Shown here in pieces: positions 27,601-39,600 of a stretch of 64,000 nt of DNA (position 1 is its first letter; each line of letters starts with the position of its first letter). The DNA lies in NCBI RefSeq assembly GCF_963853765.1, contig NC_088860.1, forward strand, positions 372,001 through 436,000, read 5' to 3'. The position numbers and the translations under genes are program-made. The notes beneath the pieces were generated by a model that was not told the origin of the DNA, did not search any database, and worked only from the letters and a program-made list of their open reading frames with translations. This stretch comes from Magallana gigas (Eukaryota).

Positions 27601-30600
27601 ATTGTAATTCAAAATGGAATGGTCTCCAATTTAGATTGTTTTCTCAAGTCGTCCTAATTTAAAAAGAAGGAAACTTCTTTTTGAAAAATTTACCTTTGCA
27701 TAATAGATAGTGATGGACTGATTCTCATACATGAACAGGTGCTACTTTTCTGGTCACCAGCGACAAGTGGTTTGTCTATCTGTTCTACCATCTGTCTTCC
27801 ATCATACCTTATGTTTATCTTCAAGCAGTGTTAACATATTGACTTCTTGAGATTTTCTCATTTGATGTGTACAGTGGAATCAATTGTTCCTACAAGCTTC
27901 TCTATAGCTGTGTTGAAAGCTTTAATGGTGACAATAGTCATCAGATGACAGTGTCAGACTGATTAAGATGTCGGCTTGCTCTGATCATGATGTGTATCAG
28001 TGTATGTGTGTTAATATTTCCTGTTTCTACTTGTCCCAAGTGAAAGAAATCCCTCCTTGTCAGTGGTGTATGGTGGTTATTGCTTACACAACTCAAGGCC
28101 GTATTTCCTGGTTAACTTGTTGCTGTATTGTTGTTGAAATGAATAAAGCAGTATTAAATGACATCTCCCAAGTCAAGTTCCCTCAGAATGTGTGCATGAA
28201 ATTTACATAAAAAAGCCGACTACGTCCAAAATGATTTAAATTTTTGTAATTTATCATAGCTCATTTTGAATGCTTCACTGCATAAATGAGAATGAATTAA
28301 GAATTAAAATCTTTGTAGAAAGTTCAAGTAAACTAATATAATACCGCTTAAAATACAAAAAGATGAAATTCTATAGATTGCATATTTGCATGCATCACAA
28401 AAAGAAATAACAGAATGATATAATTATTTGAATATTGTGTTCTAATTCAAAAAGAACTGCTGGTAATGAAATAAGAGATAAGTATTGGATTGACTCTATA
28501 TAAATATTTTGTAGACATGGTAGAGTATGAAAGGTTTGGTTTTGTGTTGAATAAAACATTGGTGAGAGAGCAGGTATAATGATGTGTGTTCATAAACAAA
28601 ATATCCTCTTTGTAGTGAACACTTCTGGTGATGAGTTGCTCCCCTCCAAGTGAACACTCATTATGCACCTAATTTTGTATGACGATTATTAGTGAATTTG
28701 TAAACAGTAATTTGAATGGACTATTATTCGACTTATAGCTAAATTGATCCCAAAGAGTATTGATTTTACAAAACAAAGATTTGATGATATCAATTTTACT
28801 GGTAAAACTTTTCTAGACTTTTGATTACGGTAGATGATTTCCACCAATCTTAAGTTATTTCATACCCTGTATTTTGATTGGAAGCCCATCGTTTTTACAG
28901 CTAAAACTTCCCCAGTATTTCCAGGGTTCAAAATTACTATAAACAACCTGCAAAATGCGGATTAGATTATCTAAATTGTGAGTTAAAAGTTTCATAACTC
29001 ACAAAAACCTGTGAGTTGATTTTTTCATCTTAACTTTACCCGAAAAAAAAAATGTCCATCGATATCTTGTTATACTCTTTCTCTCTTTAGTTACTGTTTA
29101 TACACAACATTTTTAAATGAAGCAAAATGCAGATTATAAAAAATAACCAAGTTTTTAAATTCATTGACAAAGGGATGACGATACTGATGGTAACAGTACC
29201 AGTGATGATGATGATATGGTACATCAACAACGAAAACAATAAAATCTGGGGAAATTGTGAGTTCATTTTTATGGCACTCGAAATTTGCGAGTTGTGTATC
29301 GATGGAGTTTCTACCCCTGATTTCTAGGGCCCAACTCTGTGGGTGACCTATAGTGATTTGTCTGTCTGCCATTGGTCTGTCCATCTGAGATCACTTGTCC
29401 GGGGCCTTGGTCCATTGATCTAGCTTATACTTGACCTACAGAGTGCCTTAGGGTGAAGGGTTTGCAGTGAGGTTGAACTACCGTAAGTTTCTAGGTCTTA
29501 GATTAAAATCATAGCAGAATTTTCTGAAAATTTTTTGTCTGGATCATATTTTAAATCTTGCTCATACTTCAGCCACAGAGTGCCTGTGTCAAAGGGTGTG
29601 CAGTGACCTTGAATGATGTTTCAAGGTAAAGGGTCAAGGTCATTAGACTATGCAAAAAAAATTTCAGAACATACTTATTCTGTCCTTAGCCCTATCTGGC
29701 TTACACTTCACTTAAACGGAGCTTTCTTTTAAAGGGTGTGCAGCGACTTTGAACCAAGTTTCAATGTCGAATGTAAAGATAGCAGATCTCTTTAAAATCC
29801 AGATTAAGACCATGAATTATATTCTATTGGCTTAATCTTGCTCATATTAAACCCAAAAATGCCACCCTGAAAATTTCAAAGTTGTAAAGATCAATGTCAA
29901 AGCAGAATCCTCTGAAATGCTTTTCTCCTATTTTCTAATTATCTAAGCTGGGCCCTTTGAGATGGTCACCTCTCAGTGATGTCTAGTATTTTACAGCAGT
30001 TATTATTTCCCTACTCTTTTATTTTACAGCTTTTCTATTCTATTTTACAGCTTTACCCTCTGTAGTATTTTAATTTACAGCTATAATTTCATTATAAAAA
30101 TGGTTATTTTTTTACAGCTATAACTTCATCATGAAAACAATTATTTTATTCTATAGCTATAACTTTATCATAAAAATGATTATTTTATTCTATAGCTATA
30201 ATTTTATCATAAAAATGAATATTTTATTTTACAGCTATAACTTCCCTAGTATGCAGAGTCTGGGAGAGGATCTAGTCTGTATCCTAGACCAACTCGAGTA
30301 AGTACACTCTTTTGTCAAACTCAAAACATGTGAGTGAACACTTCTTATTAACATTTTTAACAAATCAAAATATTGCATTCTTTCATCACAATCTGTTCAA
30401 CTGACTTATATTAAATGTGCCTTCTAGATATTGTCATACTGTATATATTTACTGCCAATGTAACACAGTATGGTCAACATTTGTCGCTTTATCTGAATTA
30501 AATGTCTTTTCACACCATTTGTATGTTTAACTCTACAGCATTAAGCAAGTGGTCGGAATAGGAGAAGGAGCAGGCGCAAATATTGTGGCCAGGTTTGCTG

Positions 30601-33600
30601 TATGTATATACACACCTATTCTACAGAATTATAATTGATAATGTGGTTAGATGTGCTATCTGAACTACAGCATATATATATAAGAAATACAGTAAAACTC
30701 GGTTATAGCGAAGTCTTAAAGACCGACGGAATTACTTCGTTATATCCATAATTCGCTATATCTGTATAACGAATTTCTAATAATAACTCTAGCAAATTCA
30801 CTATATACATGTATTCTTAGACCAGACTATAATTTTCGCTAATTGAGGCTTAGAATAACAATACATTACTTTGATATCTTTAATAGGATTGTGAGTCGAA
30901 AAAAATTATATAAAAATAAATTCATTCAAACTTTTATGTTAAAGTTTTTGTAACTTTTTTAAACTGTAAAGAAATTTGTTATAAAAGTGTTAAATTTCGT
31001 TATAATTCACCACAACGGGACTCAAAATCAGTTCGCCATATCCGTAAATTCGATATATCTGAATTTATTATTACTGTAAAAAAATTGCAAAGATTTGTTA
31101 AGAATTATACTGGGGACTCAAAAAACTTCACTATATCAGAGAATTCGCTATATCCATGTTCGTACTAAACGAGTTTTACTGTACTGTGGAATATTCTTTA
31201 GCCCCATGTATTTATGTGTAGCTCTTTCATAGTGTTGGCAGCAAGGGAGAACAACAGTATCAAATACTGTGAGGAAATCTTTAAAACTGCAACAAATCAT
31301 ATGACACTAATAGCTTTCAGTTATTATTTTATTCCCAAAAGTGCCGGGTCCTGATCAGGTTTCTAACATTGATGAGTATGGATAAGGTATTGAGTAGTTA
31401 TTGCAGTTCATATGTCACACAAATCCTGTCAGACTGAAGACCAGTGTTCCAGTATAATAATATTGCAAGACCAGTATCTCCATACAGTGGTGTTATCAGC
31501 CTGAGGATTGTAGAGTATTTTCGTCCGGTTTAATGGTCTCTTAAAAGGTTCCCTGCAACAGGTGCCCCTCATTGCCTCTCCATTTGTAGTGATTGTGTGA
31601 TGCAATCTTCCTCAGTTAAGCTGGCTGCCATTAGATTTTTTACAATAATCACATTTTATAGCTTGCCCTCTGGTCTTAATTCCAGTGATATCCATATTGA
31701 TTTTCAGATAATTAATTATCTGATGTCAATCAGATCATTGATTTTATTAAGTTGATGAGAACACATCATCTCTGTCTAACACTGCAACTGTTTCTGTGGC
31801 TATTTTGCATATATTCAGCACAACTATATTCTAGAGAAAGTAAAAGACTATAGCCTATTGTGTTTAAGCTGTGAATTTCTCAGAAGATATACAATCATTT
31901 TTGGTCACTAGATGCTCACACTTCAATCTCTTGTAGATTTATAACATTATAATTTACCCTAGAATGCTCAGTCGTTATAGATCTCTATTGTTTACATGGT
32001 GTACTAGTAAACAATTAACACTTGATCCTCTACATTGTGTTAAATAATTAAACAAGTATTTACTCTGCTCATCTATTTATTTGGTGTGTTACTTGCCAAT
32101 TACCATATACACCACTTCTTGAATTCTATTATATTTGTTGTCATGTATATGTGTTTCTGTGTTACAGATGGCCCAACCCACACGTGTTCTGGGAGTGTGT
32201 CTGATTCATTGTACCGGAACCACTGCCGGGATCATGGAGGGACTAAAGGACAAGGTCAGACTCGAAAACATTAGGACACAACATAACACAGACAGACAAT
32301 AGGTTACAACATACCACAGACAAACACACAATAGGTCACAGCATACCACAGACAGACAATAGGACACAACATACCACAGACAGACAGACAATAGGACACA
32401 ACATAACACAGACAGACAATAGGATCAACATACCACAGACAGACAGGACACAACATACCACAGACAGACAATAGGACACAACATATCACAGACAGACAGA
32501 CAATGGGACACAACATACCACAGACAGACAGGACAAAACATACCACAGACAGACAGACAATAGGACACAACATACCACAGACAGACAGACAGACAATAGG
32601 ACACAACATACCACAGACAGACAGACTAACAATAGGATGCAACATATCACAGACAGACAATAGGACACAACATAACACAGACAGACAATAGGTTACAACA
32701 TAACACAGACAGACAATAGGACACAACATAGCACAGACAGACAGACAATAGGACACAACATACCACAGACAGACAGACAGACAATAGGACACAACATACC
32801 ACAGACAGACAGACTAACAATAGGATGCAACATATCACAGACAGACAATAGGACACAACATAACACAGACAGACAATAGGTTACAACATAACACAGACAG
32901 ACAATAGGACACAACATAGCACAGACAGACAGACAATAGGACACAACATACCACAGACAGACAGACAGACAATAGGACACAACATACCACAGACAGACAG
33001 ACTAACAATAGGATGCAACATATCACAGACAGACAATAGGACACAACATAGCACAGACAGACAGACAATAGGACACAACATAACACAGACAGGCAATAGG
33101 TTACAACATAACACAGACAGACAGGCAATAGGACACAACATACCACAGACAGACAATAGGACACAACATACCACAGACAGACAGGCTATAGGACACAACA
33201 TAACACAGACAGACAATAGGACACACCATACCACAGACAGACAGACAATAGGACACAACATACCACAGACAGACAGACAATGGGACACAACATACCACAG
33301 ACAGACAGACAGACAGACAATAGGACACAACATATCACAGACTGACAATGGGATGCAACATATCACAGACAGACAATAGGACACAACATAACACACACAG
33401 ACAGACAATAGGTTACAACATAACACACACAGACAGACTAACAATGGGATGCAACATATCACAGACAGACAATAGGACACAACATAACACAGACAGACAA
33501 TAGGTTACAACATAACACAGACAGACAATAGGTTACAACATAACACAGACAGACAATAGGACACAACATAGCACAGACAGACAGACAATAGGACACAACA

Positions 33601-36600
33601 TAGCACAGACAGGCAATAGGTTACAACATAACACAGACAGACAGACTAACAATAGGATGCAACATACCACAGAGAATAAAACACATCACATACTGACAAT
33701 AGGACAATATATATCACAGACAGACAAAAAGACACAATATATCATTGACTCACAGACAGCATTATACAATAATTCATACAATATAATAATCAGTTACACA
33801 TACATATTCACAGACAATAATATGATAGGAACTACCACACATAGACTCTTTTTTAACATGTGAAGACTGTGTAACACTTTGACCTGTCATGGACTAAGAG
33901 TTACTGGTCTTTTTACAGCTGATTGGTTGGAAGTTAGAGCACCTGGGAATGAACCCCACTGCGGAGGCCTACCTGATGATGCACAGATTCGGTTCAGTAC
34001 GTATGAATGCTGTTTATAACAATTTCAGTAAACTGAAGTCACTGCTTATACCAACTGCTGCCACTCGCAAGTTATTAAGTTAGCACTGTCTTATTAAATA
34101 TCTATTTTATGTTCCCTATGTATTGTTTGTCTGATTGAGTTGGGTTAGAGTTTTGATATAGATGGTCCTATAATAAGCATTTTTATTTCAGTGAGCAGGA
34201 TCTGCTTGTAGTAATCCTTTAGAAGGTGTGGTATTAGTTACTCTTTATCCCGAGATAACGATCTCTCTGTATCTCGAGGATCTCTCTCTATCTCGAGATA
34301 TCACTCACTCTGTACCCCAAGTTCTCTGCACAGACAGTTTTGCTGTGGTATCTAACATCTCTTCTCTGAAATCTGTCCAATTTTATGATCTGCCCAACTC
34401 CACATCAAAATACAAGGCACATTTTAAAATGCAGTGAAGAATGGTTTCCAAAAGAGGTAAATACAGACTTAGTTATAGCAAAATCCTTGAGAGCTGTTGA
34501 TTTACTCTTCTATCTCTGTAATTTTATTTGTTAAACAGATTCTTAATATGTTTTCTTCCCCATGACTACTTGTGTTCCTTGAAGTATTCAATGCAAAGCC
34601 TTCTTTAGAAACTAATTAAAATATTTAATATGTGGAAATGAATACTTAAGAAAATTTGTTTAAAATAAGATATATTGGAGATTTTAAAGCAGTTCATTAT
34701 AAGTGATGTAAATTTCATTATTTTTGACTTCTACAAGACTTAAAATTGATTATAATTTGGTATATCAGTTTTGTAAATTCATCAAAGCCAAATTTATTAT
34801 CACTGTTAAATTTAACCAAAAAAATGTTTAGATTGTGGCTGGGAACTCCAAAAATCTTCACTATTTCCAAGATTTTGCTATATCCATGTTAGTCCTAAAA
34901 GCGTTTTAGTATGTATCTTGCCATTCCTTACTTGACATATACTCTTCACTCAGTGTGATCTCTTTATTACTGGAGCAGGAACAATACCCTTCTTTTGTTT
35001 TACCCGAGCTCAATCTATCCCAACTAAGTAGTAATTCAAGGGGAACTTTGGACGTGGTTTGAGTGGGTCTTTAGCTGTAACACCTTAACTAGGGTATAGA
35101 GCCAGTGACAATGATATAACTAATACCCATTGGCCAACTCTCATTGTCTCTTAATTTGAAGTCAGCTTTGCATAAGATGTGTTATTTTTTACTTATTTTT
35201 AGACACACACCTTTGTTAGAACATATATATTGCATAATATTATGTTTATTCAATAGAAAATATTGAAAGTGTTGTGTGCATGCAGCAATCTTGAACTACT
35301 ATCCTACCGTAATTATGGTGTGTCTGGCACTGCAGCGAGGAACACCTAGATAATATTTGTATTTTTAACATAATTTATTTATACTTAGTAAACAATAAAA
35401 AAGAAATGCTAAAGCCTTTGTAGGAAACCAAATCCATAGATTTCTAACATGAGATAAATTGATTTTGAATTTATAGATGAACAAAGTTGTATGTAATAGA
35501 AGGGAAATACTAGTATTAGGTTCCTTTGATGCAGGAGTTGGCATTAATCAATAAGGGAAAGTAGCCTGTCAGTGATACAATAGTTTGATGAGACAGACAT
35601 TTCTACAGACATGAAGTGCTGAAGTTTTCTATTTTTATATTTTTATGGCCTGAATATCTCAGTGTAACACAAAACAGGGTAACTCTATGGTTAGTCCACC
35701 GTCAACACCAGCAGTGCATAGGGTTCTGTAATTAATATTACTGGCATCTTGTCACTTAGTTTCCTAGTTCCTACCCCTCACTAACCTCTTGTTATGGTTT
35801 TGATATTTTAATTCACCGTACAATCACTGAGCCATTAAGTGTTAGCCTGTTCTGTGTGTCGTTCTTTCGTAAGATTGTTACGCTTAATTTCCTTATAAAT
35901 TTGAGTTGATTTTCAGATTCATAATGTGTATAGTAAACTTCCCTTAAAATTGTCTATTTTATTCTACTGGCAGGGCATTCAGATCATGTTAACACTCACT
36001 GAGCAATTAATTTATTAGATATTAGCTGCTAAAGCTTCAATGAATGCTAAAATAGGCTAATTTATAATGGCAAATAGGCTAGCATATGAAGAAGTTTAAT
36101 CTATGACAAGTTGATATATAAAGATGCATCCTTTGCTTAGAAATCAATGCTACCTTGTAATAATGTGCATTTTTTATTCGTCTTTTGCATTACAGGTACT
36201 GGTGAGTTTTATGTTATAGCTTGAAGTTTTGAGTTCCTTTTACCTAGCAATACAAAGTTCCTCATTTCCTTTACAAACTGTTAATTATTCTATTTTTTTT
36301 ATTGTTAATAATTCATACGGCTTTCACTAACACATTATAAAGTACATCAGCAAACAGATTCACCTGAGAATGCAAAACTATTATAAGCTTTGAATTGCAT
36401 GAATTTGCATTTCATTTCTTGTACTCTAGACACCTAATGAATTCAATTCAGTTTGATTTGTGCAGTTAAAGAAATAATTACAAAAACTCTTCCACTTTAT
36501 GCAGATAAGCAATAGCTAGATGAATTAATTCAAACCTAGGTCAAGATCTGACCTTCTTGATTTTTATTTTTCACCTAATCTGCATGTTGACTTTGGTAGA

Positions 36601-39600
36601 GTTACCAAAGTTGTTTCTTTGATTTAATTACATATTATAATAGGTAAATATAGATATGGCAAAAGTTTGTCCACTTTGATATATGCTATCTTTTTTTAAG
36701 TGATATTTCTTTTTCAATAATAACATGAAAAATCTCTGCCTATTTAATAGTTAAATGATATTCTTTGTTGAATCTTATTTGTGTGTGAAGTATTTCATGA
36801 TCAAGTTGAATGAAGTCACTTCTACATAGATATAAATCAAATTGACAATGTTTTTACAATTGGATGTCACATTTATGCGATGTTGACAAGTGACTTGTCA
36901 TTATAATCCTCCATTTAGAAAGCATTCAAAAATTTAAAAATATCACAGACAAGGGCCAGAAAAAACAGGGTTGTATGTCGACCTGAAAAAAAAACTATGC
37001 GTTATACAGGCCATACAAATTAAAAGTGATTATAGAAAGAGATCGTAAAAGGAAACGAGCAGCTAGACATGGCCTACAAATGAAATGACACCAGAGAGAG
37101 AGAGAGAAAGAGAGCACCACAGGTAACAGACAGCTAAACATGGCCTGAAAACAAAACATGGCAGTTATCTAAAGTCTATAGATGAAGTGTTACAAGGAGA
37201 ACCCCTGGCATGGAAAAGGGGCAGTTATATAGAGCCTACAAATGAATTGATATACTAGAGAGAAAACCCAATAGAAACAGGCAGTTAACATTAGCTTTAG
37301 AGCCTAAATATATCAAATTTGTCAGCACTTTATTGTTATAATCGACATCAATACCAGCTTTTAATTCAATATCAGAAAGATTAACCTTTTGATACACTTA
37401 ATAAGATTGTTTTTATTTTTAAGTGAAATTTCTTGAAAACTAACTAGCACTTCTTCAGATTGTGTTTGTATTTTAATTTCGTGATACACTTCATTCCCAC
37501 ATTGCATTGTAAATAATTGTCTGACAAGAAATCTTTATGCACTTAACTCTTTATTGCATTGAATTAATTTCTTGATATACTTACTATTTACCTGAATGTT
37601 TTTTTGCCTTACAGAGTAATTTCAATGTAGTTTTTGTTTAATATAATTTGAACAGTAACTTGGTCATTATGAGAAAGTAGAATATAAATACTGACTTCTA
37701 AGTCTGTATAGACTATTAACTATAGCTAGATATATTATTTTTATTGAAAGTAGCTTACACTGAAGATACATGAATGTATATCTCTCACACTACATTCACA
37801 TTCCTGCGCAAGAAATTTATTCACTAGTTGGTCACTAGGAAATGTTTTAAAAATAAAAGAAAATTGTTTCAATATGAAGTCATTTCACATGTAGATAAAC
37901 ATTATATGTGTAATTATATGATAAAGCTGCTGAGTTTATTGACTCTAGCTATGTACATGTATTGATTGACTGCAGATGACATGATTAAATAACGCTTGTC
38001 TTTCCTATACTGAACTTTCAGTCTCTCAACCTCTGTTGAGGACAGTGATAGTCTAATGTTAATGAGATGTTCAGATCTCTTCACAAACAGTGAGAGTCTA
38101 ATGTTAATGAGATGTTCAGATCTCTTCACAATCAGTGAGAGTCTAATGTTAATGAAATGTTCAAATCTCTTTACATACAGTGAGAGTCTAATATTAATGA
38201 AATGTTCAAATCTCTTCACAGTGAGAGTCTAATATTAATGAAATGTTCAAATCTCTTCACAGTGAGAGTCTAATGTTAATGAAATGTTCAAATCTCTTTA
38301 CATACAGTGAGAGTCTAATGTTAATGAAATGTTCAAATCTCTTCACAGTAAGAGTCTAATGTTAATGAAATGTTCAAATCTCTTCACAGTGAGAGTCTAA
38401 TGTTAATGAAATGTTCAAATCTCTTTACATACAGTGAGAGTCTAATGTTAATGAAATGTTCAAATCTCTTTACATACAGTGCGAGTCTAATGTAAATAAA
38501 ATGTTCAAATCTCTTCACAGTGAGAGTCTAATGCTAATGAGATATTCAGGTTTCTCACATACAATGAGAGTCTAATGTTAATGAGATGTTCAAATCTCTT
38601 CACAAACAGTGAGAGTCTAATGTTAATGAAATGTTCAAATCTCTTCACAGTGAGAGTCTAATGTTAATAGATGTTTAGATCTATTTAATATGAATGAGTG
38701 TGGGATTCCATATGAATGAGCGTGGGATTCAATGTGAATGAGCATGGGATTCAATATGAATGAGCATAGGATTCAATATGAATGAGCGTGGGATTCAATA
38801 TGAGTGAGCGTGAGATTCAGTATGAATGAGCGTGGGATTCAATATGAGTGAGCATGGGATTCAATATGAATGAGCGATTCAATATGAATGAGTGTGGGAT
38901 TCAATATGAATGAGCATGGGATTCAATATGAATGAGCGTGGGATTCAATATGAATGAGCGTGGGATTCAATATGAGTGAGTGTTGGATTCAATATGAATG
39001 AGTGTGGGATTCAATAAACTAGAACAATACCAGACAATGGTGTCCACATAGTAGTTGGTACCGGTAGTTATGTGGTCATGGTTCAACATTGTACACCAGA
39101 AATTTTTTACTGGATAACACATAATATTATGTAATTAAGCCTGTTGAAAGAGAAATAACTCTAATAAACATTATATTGCTTTAGGGAGACAATTAATATT
39201 ATTTCATTAAATATATTGGCCCTTCTAGGTCCTTTCACTATGATGAGAGGCTGTGTAAAATTTAGAGGCCCTTGCCTGCATGCCCATTGAAATGTATCTA
39301 TCTAAGATGGGCCCTCTAGATGTGCAGGATTAATTTTGTTATGACGACTTTATTGATTCTCTTTGCGTGGTCATGTGTGATGTTCATTTCATGGCTGCCT
39401 AAAAACATCTAGACTATTTTATGAGCTTTTTTGTATACAGAAATGAAGCCATTTGACATAATCGTGGATATTTAATCTGGAACTTGATTAAATCATTCTA
39501 TGAGCTTCTTGTAAACAGAGTTCAAACCATCAATATTCCAACAGACTCTCTATAATCACCATCAGTTTATGTGAGATACTTACTAGTATTCAGAATTATT

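Noticed and set aside
30250-30297. Acceptor cctag|t at 30249/30250 for the NDRG exon
   Set aside because: It would delete the conserved YNFPS; the upstream AG at 30234 restores the family motif, though NAG-type alternative use is not excluded.
32206-33480. Many overlapping Cys/Val/Leu-rich ORFs
   Set aside because: Artefacts of the GACA-containing minisatellite.
38022-38044. Apparent small exon just before the 38045 minisatellite
   Set aside because: 23 nt, not frame-preserving, and has a stop in the required frame.
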